Below, one piece after another: positions 6,732-14,482 of a DNA stretch of 14,482 bases. Under the pieces are notes generated by a model. It was not told the origin of the DNA and did not search any database. It worked only from the letters and a program-made list of their open reading frames with translations. The position numbers were made by a program, and so were the translations under genes. Positions within the stretch are counted from its first letter, which is position 1. Each line of letters opens with the position of its first letter. Source of the DNA: Phycisphaeraceae bacterium (GTDB lineage Bacteria > Planctomycetota > Phycisphaerae > Phycisphaerales > Zrk34); NCBI GenBank assembly GCA_040905565.1, contig JBBDRF010000091.1, positions 1 to 14,482 on the forward strand, in the 5' to 3' direction.

Positions 6732-7817
6732 TTACTCTGGCGCGAGATCGAAATGGCACACGACGTCATAGAGCTTCCCGCCCAGCACGTCGGCGACGTG
6801 CTGTTCCTTGATCATGGCCAGCTTCAGGGTGTCGCAGGTGAAGCGGTGGCGGTAGTTCGTTTCCAGCGCCCGGCCCATGCCTTCGAGCACCAGCAGATCG
6901 GCGTCCTCCGCAGCGGCGGCGAGCTGGGCGTCGACGCTGGTGAGATCGATCACGGGCAGTGCGTTGCCTGACGGAGCGAGCGTGAGGGAACCGTCGGCCA
7001 GGGCGTCGGCGATGGGGGCATCGAACGCAGCGATCTGGTCGATCAGTTCTTCAAGCTCATCGTGGATGACATCGTTTAGAGCGGGTTTGCTGTTGGCGGT
7101 GAGTACGACGTGGGTGCCGCGCTGGAGGAGGTAGCGCGCCAGCGGGATCATGCCAAGCACCACGTCGGCGCCGGCATTGTCGACGAATACCACAGCCCGC
7201 CGATGCACATGCTCAGCGAAGCGTGCTTCAAGCTTGGCCAGATGATCGACGAGCCATTGCTTGGCGGCGACCTGCTCACGTGTGACGTGAAAATCGACCT
7301 GGCCTGCTTCGTAAAGCTTGATGGCTTCGGAAGCGCCGAAGTCGAAGATGTTCCCCGCAAACACGCCCGCGATCAGCCTGCGAAGACGCTCCGCTTCGGG
7401 TAGGGCATCAAGTTCCGTGAGCAGCGCCGGCAGCAGCGCGAGGGCGTCGGCGTTCTCCTTCTGCTTGATGGGCAGGAACGGATCGTCGAATCCCTGGGTG
7501 GCCAGCAGATGCTGACGAAGCGTGCAGAGCAGGGCAATATCGAGCGAGCCGAAGGTGAACGGATCGGATTCGAGGCGATCGAGCACGGCATCGAAGGCGG
7601 CGGCAAATTCCGCGGCCCGGGCTTGGGCATCTTCATCGTTCCCTGCTGCCAGGGCGGCGCGCTCGGCGAGCCCTGCTGTGTGGGTGCGGAAGACATCGAG
7701 CCAATAGCGGCGGGCCTCGGCGTCATCGAGCATCTCGATGGTGTGGGGCTCGTAGTCGTCGATCGAGCCGATCAGGGGGAAGACGACGCCATCTTCGGAC
7801 GGGGTCCAGCGTGTCAT
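6732..7817 (-). CDS. DUF89/ARMT1-like damage-control phosphatase, PANK4-type
   Basis: Motifs DPFLPIKQKEN, AGNIFDFGA, VFVDNAGADVVLG, ANSKPALNDV, LEGMGRALETN and KLAMIK; AAGGA Shine-Dalgarno before ATG 7817. Confidence 0.9.
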   Translation of the reverse strand: MTRWTPSEDGVVFPLIGSIDDYEPHTIEMLDDAEARRYWLDVFRTHTAGLAERAALAAGNDEDAQARAAEFAAAFDAVLDRLESDPFTFGSLDIALLCTLRQHLLATQGFDDPFLPIKQKENADALALLPALLTELDALPEAERLRRLIAGVFAGNIFDFGASEAIKLYEAGQVDFHVTREQVAAKQWLVDHLAKLEARFAEHVHRRAVVFVDNAGADVVLGMIPLARYLLQRGTHVVLTANSKPALNDVIHDELEELIDQIAAFDAPIADALADGSLTLAPSGNALPVIDLTSVDAQLAAAAEDADLLVLEGMGRALETNYRHRFTCDTLKLAMIKEQHVADVLGGKLYDVVCHFDLAPE

Positions 7818-7880
7818 CGTGCGGTTCCTTGGCTGAAGGAGGGAAATGGGACAAGCACAGGAACGGCGCGGTTCGGCGGC

Positions 7881-8504
7881 TTACAGCTCAGCGAAATTGG
7901 CCAGCATCTTCAGGCCGACTTTTTGTGATTTCTCCGGGTGAAATTGGACCGCCATCACGTTCTCGTGATGGATGGCGGAGCAGAACGGGCCGTCGTATTC
8001 GGTGGTGGTGGCGACGACGGCTTCATCCGTGGGAGCCGCGTAATAACTGTGGACGAAGTAGACCGCTGCCTCGTCGGGCAGCCCTTGCATCAGCGGCGAA
8101 TCGGGGCGATTCAGCGTGAGGGTATTCCAGCCCATGTGGGGGACTTTAAGGGTGTGATCGGTCGGATTGAAGCGGACGATCGACCCCGGCACGATGCCGA
8201 GCCCTTCGTGCTCGCCCCCTTCTTCGGAGCGCTCGAACAGCAGCTGAAGCCCGAGGCAGATGCCCAGGAACGGCCGACCCGAGGCGACGAATTTGAGGAT
8301 GGGATCGACCAGTTCCAGCTGATGCAGTGTGGCGATGGCATCTTCAAAAGCGCCGACGCCGGGCAAGATAAGCTTGCTGGACTCGGCGATCTGGCGAGGC
8401 TCGCGCACAATCTCGGCCTGGGCTCCGACTTTCTCGAAGGCCTTCTGCACGGAGCGCAGGTTGCCCATGCCGTAGTCGACGATACCAATGGATGACGTTG
8501 CCAT
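7881..8504 (-). CDS. hisH: Imidazole glycerol phosphate synthase, glutamine amidotransferase subunit
   Basis: [30 protein letters not shown] (catalytic Cys), VPHMGWN, YFVHSY and QFHPEKS (His/Glu). Homology starts just after ATG 8504. Confidence 0.97.
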   Translation of the reverse strand: MATSSIGIVDYGMGNLRSVQKAFEKVGAQAEIVREPRQIAESSKLILPGVGAFEDAIATLHQLELVDPILKFVASGRPFLGICLGLQLLFERSEEGGEHEGLGIVPGSIVRFNPTDHTLKVPHMGWNTLTLNRPDSPLMQGLPDEAAVYFVHSYYAAPTDEAVVATTTEYDGPFCSAIHHENVMAVQFHPEKSQKVGLKMLANFAEL

Positions 8505-8511
8505 AGTTATC

Positions 8512-8517
8512 AAGATA
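8512..8517 (-). promoter_or_regulatory. Putative -10 element TATCTT, 7 nt before the hisH ATG
   Basis: Minus strand TATCTT-gataact-ATG; no Shine-Dalgarno. Confidence 0.5.
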
Positions 8518-8589
8518 ACGCCACGGCTGATCCGCGACCAGTGGGAGGTTGCGAATACAACTTTGGGGGCGGACCGGGGGGCGGGGCGG

Positions 8590-9261
8590 TCACTCATCGG
8601 GGGTGGGCGTGGTCTGCATCAGGTCCTCGGTGTCGAGCTTCATGGGGTCGATCGTTGTGGCGACGTTGCTGATGGTGCGGGAGCCGAGCAGGATGACCTT
8701 CCAGTACTCGAGCATACTCCGCCCGACGTAGGGGCCGGCGAAGGCGTGGACGTCGCCGGTATCTTTCCAGTAGGAGACGATGGCGGCGGAGCTCGCGCCC
8801 CACTGGCGTCGGGCGTGAACGAGGTTCATTTCGGGATGGAGGATGTTGACCGAGGGCCCGCCGAGCAAGCGGATGCCGATGGCGGCGGTGTTGGGGGGGG
8901 CGCCGATTTTCATCTCGTTGCGATCGATGCCGAGGCCGCCGCTGCGGAACTCGAGGATGACCTCCGCCTGCTCGGGCGTTTCGACGAGGTAGGCATCATG
9001 CTCCAGCAGCCGGGCGCGAAGTTGACCGATCATGAACCGGCGATCCTCGGCCGTGCCGCCCTGAATCCTTGGCTGGTCCACATAAACACGGCGTTGCGCA
9101 AACGGCTCGAGGCCGAGCGGTTCGACGGCGTCGCGGGCCGCCCGGCTCAGCAGAAACTGCTCGGTGGCGGTGCGTGGCGGATCGGAGGTGCGCACCCTCG
9201 TGCAACCGCTGGCGACGACCAGCGTGAGCAGGGCAAGCAGGATGGTGCGGGCGAGCATCAT
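8590..9261 (-). CDS. Hypothetical lipoprotein (resembles the DUF6655 family, from recall)
   Basis: Lipobox ASGC followed by [19 protein letters not shown] and [14 protein letters not shown]. Confidence 0.75.
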   Translation of the reverse strand: MMLARTILLALLTLVVASGCTRVRTSDPPRTATEQFLLSRAARDAVEPLGLEPFAQRRVYVDQPRIQGGTAEDRRFMIGQLRARLLEHDAYLVETPEQAEVILEFRSGGLGIDRNEMKIGAPPNTAAIGIRLLGGPSVNILHPEMNLVHARRQWGASSAAIVSYWKDTGDVHAFAGPYVGRSMLEYWKVILLGSRTISNVATTIDPMKLDTEDLMQTTPTPDE

Positions 9262-9267
9262 GAGGCC

Positions 9268-9273
9268 ATTCTA
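9268..9273 (-). promoter_or_regulatory. Putative -10 element TAGAAT overlapping the GNAT stop codon, 6 nt before ATG 9261
   Basis: Minus strand TAGAAT-ggcctc-ATG; the TAG is the stop codon of the GNAT gene. Confidence 0.5.
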
Positions 9274-9762
9274 GTCGGCTTGTTGAGGGGCACCAGTTTT
9301 CGCTTCGTGCAGGTCGATCCGCATTTTGTAGTGAGGCCCGACGGTCGGCACCTTGAAAACATCTGAGACAACGCGCCAACCCTGCTTGCGATAGAAGCCG
9401 ATCGCTTCCTGTCGCGCGTTGCACCAGATGAGCCGAACGTCCGTCTCCGCAGTGATGCGATCCAGCAGCCGTTTCAGTAGTGTGCGACCGATGCCCTGTT
9501 GCTGGCGCGTTTCGCACGTGGCCATGCCGCGGAGCTGGTAGGCGGGCCGGCCCTCCCAGTCGGCGCGGATCATCGTGGCACACCCGACGCATTGGCTGGC
9601 CGCATCGAAGACGCCCATGTGCAGGGTGCTCGGCGAGTCGTCGCCCTCGAAAGTGGCGGGATCGTCGGGCATGCCCATCCGCAGCACGCGCCTTCGCAGA
9701 TCGATGATCTCTTGAACCTCAGCGGACCGGTAGGTCAACGCTCGCGATGCGGGTGGGTGCAT
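9271..9762 (-). CDS. GNAT-family N-acetyltransferase
   Basis: LRRRVLR, QLRGMAT, RQQQGIG (acetyl-CoA motif A), WCNAR, AIGFYRKQGW and VGPH. AGGAGGTGA lies 8 nt upstream of ATG 9762, so this start is preferred to GTG 9774. Confidence 0.9.
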   Translation of the reverse strand: MHPPASRALTYRSAEVQEIIDLRRRVLRMGMPDDPATFEGDDSPSTLHMGVFDAASQCVGCATMIRADWEGRPAYQLRGMATCETRQQQGIGRTLLKRLLDRITAETDVRLIWCNARQEAIGFYRKQGWRVVSDVFKVPTVGPHYKMRIDLHEAKTGAPQQAD

Positions 9763-9791
9763 GATCGTGCTCACCTCCTGTAGACGCCGCC

Positions 9792-9837
9792 ATCATACAG
9801 CCTCGCAATTGCGACTCCCATGGCAGCGGTCTAAGAT
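9792..9837. promoter_or_regulatory. Back-to-back divergent -10 elements
   Basis: TATGAT on the minus strand at 9792-9797 (for the GNAT) and TAAGAT on the plus strand at 9832-9837, 6 nt before ATG 9844. Confidence 0.5.
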
Positions 9838-9843
9838 CGATGC

Positions 9844-10929
9844 ATGGCGTGGGTCAAGAAAATAGAGACCGATCGACAGCGGCGAATCGTCGTGGCGATC
9901 ATCATGGCGGTTTTGTTCGCTGCTTCCGTCGGCGCGGCGGCGTGGGTGACCGTGGCGCGAAACCCGGGCCTGGAACCGACGCAAGCGGGCAGCTTCCACC
10001 TCCTGCGGCCGAGCGACTGGCAGGAAGTCAGCGCCGATATCGAACCGACCGAATTGGTTCGCGAGATCGCCGGTTGGCGCGAACCCGAAGGCGTCGGCGG
10101 GGCCGGCAGACGACTGGGTCTGCTCGAACTGCGACACGATTCTCCGATCCCCCCCGCCGCGGCGATGGAGGTCGTGATGAACCGCGGCAACAACGGATCG
10201 GGGCAGTACGGGGCGCGGGCAGCGGTGCGCTCGCAGCTGATGACCGGGCTGCTGGCCGAGCGGGCGGGGGTGCGTGACGACGGGCAGCCGCTCTCGCAGT
10301 TGCTGGCGGTGATGACGCTGGACGGCTATCGCCATGCTGTCCTCGTCCTCGAACGCGAAGGCGATCTGCGGGCCAGCGACTGGCGCTTGATGGTGCAGAT
10401 GAGCGCCAGCCTCGCGGACACCCGCTATCAGCCGTTGCCCACCGCGCCGCTGCAACGTACCGGCGAAGTGGTCCATGTGACGCCTCCCGACGGGCTTGCG
10501 GCAGTCGAGCGGCGCAACAGCGACGAAGACGATGCCCAAGCGCCCGCCCCCCTGCTGCTGATCCCGACGGCCGAGGCCGAGTTTTACGTGCTTGAGCCTT
10601 CGCTGATCGCCTTGGAACCCATGCCGGAGGATCGCCCAGCCGAGGACACCGACGACGATGAACGCCTGCTGACCGCCCTGGCCCGCCGCTATAACCAGCT
10701 CAGCGGCGAAGTGCCCGCGATCGGATCCGTACGCCGGCTGGAGATCGGCCCGCGCAAGGCCTATCGAATTGGATTGCCCAACGAAGGCACCGGCAGCGGG
10801 TCGATTTTGTGGGCGGTCCACGTCGAGCCGGATACTGTGTTGCTGATGCAAGTCACGGCATCACGGGTGAGTATCGACGAAGCGGAGGCCGCCGCCCGGC
10901 GCTTTGTCGCCGCTTACGAGCCAGTTTGA
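9844..10929 (+). CDS. Hypothetical membrane-anchored protein with an extracytoplasmic region
   Basis: 361-aa ORF with coding-like codon use; basic N-terminus then one TM helix IVVAIIMAVLFAASVGAAAWVTVA. No family recognised. Confidence 0.7.
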   Translation: MAWVKKIETDRQRRIVVAIIMAVLFAASVGAAAWVTVARNPGLEPTQAGSFHLLRPSDWQEVSADIEPTELVREIAGWREPEGVGGAGRRLGLLELRHDSPIPPAAAMEVVMNRGNNGSGQYGARAAVRSQLMTGLLAERAGVRDDGQPLSQLLAVMTLDGYRHAVLVLEREGDLRASDWRLMVQMSASLADTRYQPLPTAPLQRTGEVVHVTPPDGLAAVERRNSDEDDAQAPAPLLLIPTAEAEFYVLEPSLIALEPMPEDRPAEDTDDDERLLTALARRYNQLSGEVPAIGSVRRLEIGPRKAYRIGLPNEGTGSGSILWAVHVEPDTVLLMQVTASRVSIDEAEAAARRFVAAYEPV

Positions 10930-11028
10930 TTGATGAAGCGGCGAACGTCGACCGATGGTTCGCTGTAGGAAGAAGTCTCCACGGCACCGGCCGATCGGAG
11001 TTTTCGCAACCCTCACGGAAAAACGCCC

Positions 11029-12363
11029 ATGGCCACCCCATTTCCCCCGCAATCGTCCGCACACCACGACGCCCGTTCCCCACGCCTGCTGACGCTGTTC
11101 ATGGCCGCCCTGATGCTGGTGGCGCCGAGCGCGATCGGTTTCGCCGACGAGGCACCAGCCGAGGAAGAATACCAGGGCCGCCCGCTTGCCGAGGACCGAT
11201 GGCTGGATAACGAGTACGGCGTCTCGCTGCGCCTCCCCGTCGGCGTCCGCACCGTCCGGCGCACCGGCGACAGCTATCAACTTCGTGCTGCGGACGAGGA
11301 AGACATGTTTGCCATGGGCGTGGTCGTCAAGCAGTCGCGCCGTGAACTGCGCATGACCGACGTGATGGCGCAGGCCAAGACGCAGGTGGCGGGCGTTCAT
11401 CGCACCACCGAACTGCTCGAAGAATACGCCATGGAAGTCGGCGGGGTGGACATCGGCGTCGTAATGTTCCGCCTGCCGGACACCGAGCAGGATGACGCGT
11501 TCTTCGGTCAGGCGCTCGTGCAGATCGATCCGTCGACCTTCGCCATCATCGAAATCAGCAGCAGCTGGGGCGACGCCGACGTGGTCCGGCCCACCTTCGA
11601 AGCGATGATCAAAACGCTTGAACTGCAAGGTATCGATGACCTGGAAGAGCAACGCCGCAAAGAACTCGAGCGCACGCAAACATGGCGACGCGACCTCGGC
11701 ATCACCGCACTGCACGACGCGCTCGTCGAGGAACAACTGTTCCGCATCGTCGAAGACGGCAACGACATCGGCTACATGCGCATGCTTCAGGAACAGACCG
11801 AACAGAACGGCAAGTCCGGCATCACGGTCAGGGTCCAGTCGCGGGTGATGATCAGCACGTTCAATATCGACTCGCAAGCCATCTTCTTCGCAAGCGACGA
11901 CGACACGACCGAACTCTGGGAAGTCCGCACCACGCAGCGTCCGCAACGTGGCAACGGCGAGGAACAGACCACCGTCGAGACCGGCATCCGAACCGGTGCT
12001 GACATCGTGGTGTCGCACGATCGACCGCTCGGCAGCAAACGCAAGGAACTGACGCGGCCGCCGATGGGCTACGTGCCTCTCGCGGAGACCTGGGTGCTGC
12101 CGCAGGTGCTGCCGAACGATCGGCCCGGGACCTACGGCTTCTACAGCTACAACCCCAACGAAGGCGGCGTGACCTACCGCACCGAGCAGGTCTCCCCCCT
12201 GCTCGACGGCTATACCATCAACTCACGCCTGACGCCCGGCGGCCCGGAACTCAAAGCCACCTTCGATGCCGACCGCACCATGCGAGAAAAACAGCTCGGC
12301 CCGGACCGCAAACTCATCCCCACCACCGCCCAACACATCAACCAACTCTGGCGCAATCGCTGA
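11029..12363 (+). CDS. Hypothetical secreted protein
   Basis: 444-aa ORF with strong C/G third-position bias; signal-like RLLTLFMAALMLVAPSAIGFA. No family recognised. Confidence 0.75.
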   Translation: MATPFPPQSSAHHDARSPRLLTLFMAALMLVAPSAIGFADEAPAEEEYQGRPLAEDRWLDNEYGVSLRLPVGVRTVRRTGDSYQLRAADEEDMFAMGVVVKQSRRELRMTDVMAQAKTQVAGVHRTTELLEEYAMEVGGVDIGVVMFRLPDTEQDDAFFGQALVQIDPSTFAIIEISSSWGDADVVRPTFEAMIKTLELQGIDDLEEQRRKELERTQTWRRDLGITALHDALVEEQLFRIVEDGNDIGYMRMLQEQTEQNGKSGITVRVQSRVMISTFNIDSQAIFFASDDDTTELWEVRTTQRPQRGNGEEQTTVETGIRTGADIVVSHDRPLGSKRKELTRPPMGYVPLAETWVLPQVLPNDRPGTYGFYSYNPNEGGVTYRTEQVSPLLDGYTINSRLTPGGPELKATFDADRTMREKQLGPDRKLIPTTAQHINQLWRNR

Positions 12364-12388
12364 AGCACCACATGCTTTCGAGGGTTTG

Positions 12389-12554
12389 GCGAGCGGGACG
12401 CGTAAGCGACCGTTCGTCGAGCGCTGCGGACCGCTGTGCGCGCACGATTGTCCACAAGTTTTCGATGACGCCCATGCCCCGCCGTTTGAAGCAATGTTGA
12501 CGCGGCCGGCATCCCATCGTTTCGCCGGACGGTCGCTCACACTTCCCGCTGCGC
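12389..12554. mobile_element. REPIN/MITE-like element, copy 2 (166 bp, opposite orientation to copy 1)
   Basis: 12389-12436 matches the reverse complement of 6673-6720 at 43/48; 12527-12550 matches the reverse complement of 6553-6576 at 23/24; internal blocks are shared. Confidence 0.75.
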
Positions 12555-12581
12555 AAACGCATGTCCGCAATCTGGGGCACT

Positions 12582-12607
12582 ACCGCTCCCTCACGGTCGC
12601 GGCTCGT
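12582..12607 (-). repeat. REP-like repeat, family A, copy 2
   Basis: Reverse complement ACGAGCCGCGACCGTGAGGGAGCGGT versus 2656-2681, one mismatch. Confidence 0.85.
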
Positions 12608-12635
12608 TGTCGAGCGTGCTTTGCCAGATCACCGC

Positions 12636-14482
12636 TTAAAAGTGCGGGCGTTTGTGCGAGTCGTCGTCGTCATCGACGTCGAACCCAGTTGGGCGATTGT
12701 CGACCACGTCGTCGTCGGCCTGTTCAAAGTAGCTGTCCAGATCCGTCGCGGTTGCGGCCATGCTGCCGCCGCCCGGCGACGCTGCGGCTGCCCCGACGGG
12801 CGCATCCAGTGCTGCGGCATGCTTGCGGCGGAAGTGAATCAGCAGACCGACCAGGAAGAAGAACACGACGGCACCGACGACGACCCAGCGTCGTTCGATC
12901 GACGTGCCGGGGAAGTTGGCGCTTTCGTTCCAGACGGCCCAGCCCGCCGCAGTGAAGGCGAACGCCGTCGCGACGAACATGATGAGGTTCCACCAGATCC
13001 GCCTGAAGCCCGTCGGCATCGCGTCGCCGAGCACTTTGCGGTTGTTCATGAGGCAGAAGAACGTGAGGTAGGCGATCGGCGCCAGCATCATGCCGAACAC
13101 GCTGGTGGGCACAGCCATGTAGGCCTTGGCCTCGCCGACCCAGAGCGTGTGCGCGCCGATGGCGCCGACCAGCATCGCCAGGCTCGCACCGATGCGGTGA
13201 AGCACCGGGTTGCCCGGCAGGTTCAATGCTTCGGTGAAGACGAACCCGTTGATGAGCATGAGGATGACGATGGTGGATAGCGCGACGCCGACGACGCCGA
13301 TGCCGAACACAATGTGCGCCAGGTTCTCACCTGTCAGCGGCGCCACCGCAGCAGCCAGATGCACCAGGTCACGGTTCACCACGCGCGAAGCGACCTTGCG
13401 ATCCGCATCGGAAACATCGTCCACGCGAGCCGCCACCGCCGCCTCCAACGGCTTCTCCTTCAGTGTCGGATCGTTCGCCACGGCCGTTTCAAGCTGGCCG
13501 GCATCAAGTGCGACGGTCAGGCTCGCCAGGCGGTTCGCGTTGGATTCCTGCTCGGCGGAGAGGTTTGCGTAGAGGGCCGGGTCGTCCTGCCGCAGTTCCC
13601 AAAGGATGCGGCTGTCGATCAGGGACTCGTAGTTCGCCAGCACGGCGGGGTCCGGCTCAATGGCTTCGCCCGTCTCAGGATGCGTTTGTGCGCCGTAGAG
13701 GCCCGGGGCAGGCTGGTTGTACATCTGCAGGCCGGCTGCGATCACAACGCAGGAGGTCACCAGAATGAACGGGATGAACAGGCCGGTGGCCAGGTCGAAA
13801 ATCGCCATGCCTCGGAAGTCTTTGTCCCAGCCGCGTGCGAGCATCGAGTAGGGCAGCAGGAAGGTCATGTTGATGCCGACGGCTGTGGCGGCGACGGCGA
13901 TCATGCGGTTGCGTTGGCCGCTGACGACGTGCTCGGTCCAGAAGTCCGAGGCGGCACCGGTCTGCTCGATCGTCTCCTTGAGTGCCGGAGCCGGTTCGGT
14001 AAGGAAGTTCGCGTTGGGGATGAACCCTGCGAAGACGGCCGCCCAATCCACTTCGCCCTGCATCGTGGCGTAACCGACCGCGCCGACAAAGCTGACGACG
14101 ATGAGCGCGACCATCAGCTTAACGATGATCTCGAAGATTTTGATGCCCTTGCCGCCGGAGTTGTAGAACCACACGACGATCAAAGCGATCGCAGCCAGCA
14201 CGCCGGTGATCACATAGCTGACGGTGTCGCCGGAGTCCGCGATCCCCATCGCCGGCAGCAGATTCTGCTTGAGCGCGCCGTCGGCCAGCGCGAATTGAGG
14301 CATGCACCAGACCATGTTCGCCGCCATCGTGGCCAGCAGCCACGCCCAGCCGAGCACGGGGTTCACGTGTTCGTTGATGGCATCGAAGGGGCGTTGCCCG
14401 GTGGAGAGGACGACGTAGCCGATCGCACTGAGCATGATGATGCCCATGATCATCGCCAGCGGCTGCACCCACATCAGGCTGT
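12636..14482 (-). CDS. NRAMP/MntH-like (APC fold) membrane transporter, 5' end outside the window
   Basis: Frame stays open to the window edge; many TM helices; WVQPLAMIMG, ANMVWCMPQF, KIFEIIVKLMV, ATAVGINMTFLLPY, LSTIVILMLING and LAPIAY. Confidence 0.8.
   Translation of the reverse strand, partial: SLMWVQPLAMIMGIIMLSAIGYVVLSTGQRPFDAINEHVNPVLGWAWLLATMAANMVWCMPQFALADGALKQNLLPAMGIADSGDTVSYVITGVLAAIALIVVWFYNSGGKGIKIFEIIVKLMVALIVVSFVGAVGYATMQGEVDWAAVFAGFIPNANFLTEPAPALKETIEQTGAASDFWTEHVVSGQRNRMIAVAATAVGINMTFLLPYSMLARGWDKDFRGMAIFDLATGLFIPFILVTSCVVIAAGLQMYNQPAPGLYGAQTHPETGEAIEPDPAVLANYESLIDSRILWELRQDDPALYANLSAEQESNANRLASLTVALDAGQLETAVANDPTLKEKPLEAAVAARVDDVSDADRKVASRVVNRDLVHLAAAVAPLTGENLAHIVFGIGVVGVALSTIVILMLINGFVFTEALNLPGNPVLHRIGASLAMLVGAIGAHTLWVGEAKAYMAVPTSVFGMMLAPIAYLTFFCLMNNRKVLGDAMPTGFRRIWWNLIMFVATAFAFTAAGWAVWNESANFPGTSIERRWVVVGAVVFFFLVGLLIHFRRKHAAALDAPVGAAAASPGGGSMAATATDLDSYFEQADDDVVDNRPTGFDVDDDDDSHKRPHF

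Noticed and set aside
6591..6971. ORF sharing the peptide ARRTVAYASRS with ORF 12210-12512
   Set aside because: The shared peptide is just the translation of the repeat element, and both ORFs overlap real genes.
8505..8597. 31-aa N-terminal extension of HisH from the ORF track
   Set aside because: No HisH similarity; a -10 hexamer sits 7 nt before ATG 8504.
10938..10966. Hairpin GCGGCGAAC...GTTCGCTGT between the two hypothetical genes
   Set aside because: Relies on G-U pairs, has no U-tract and no second copy; could be chance in GC-rich DNA.
945..12018. Long antisense or alternate-frame ORFs (945-2069, 5240-6607, 8488-9366, 9793-10851, 10861-12018 and others)
   Set aside because: They shadow well-supported genes, lack recognisable motifs and are expected from high-GC codon bias.
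12449..12457. TTGTCCACA, resembling a DnaA box
   Set aside because: Single copy, inside the repeat element, not conserved in the other copy, and no oriC context.
4528..14482. YHS protein, DUF89 and NRAMP-like gene as a metal-homeostasis island
   Set aside because: They are separated by unrelated genes, lie in different transcription units and have no metal regulator or shared operator visible.

Overview
High-GC bacterial window, probably Planctomycetota/Phycisphaerae (inferred from gene content and repeat types, not verified). It holds 13 mostly unlinked genes: a UbiE/MenG methyltransferase, a secreted GH43 with a C-terminal beta-sandwich, two lipoproteins, a GH18, a secreted triple YHS/TRASH Cys-repeat protein, a HpnI/GT21-like glycosyltransferase, a PANK4-type DUF89/ARMT1 phosphatase, an orphan hisH, a GNAT, two envelope hypotheticals and a 5'-truncated NRAMP-like transporter. 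No rRNA, tRNA, CRISPR, transposase or defence genes were seen. The most notable signals are: (1) two diverged copies of a ~170-bp element with inverted REP-like ends and a homologous interior, each between convergent genes; (2) a second REP-like family, with REPs supplying the 3' ends of two genes; (3) six genes with a TAnnnT -10 hexamer 6-7 nt before the start codon, suggesting leaderless mRNAs; (4) a stand-alone phosphatase resembling the eukaryotic PANK4 domain, directly behind hisH. I cannot support a complete new multi-gene system from this window alone.
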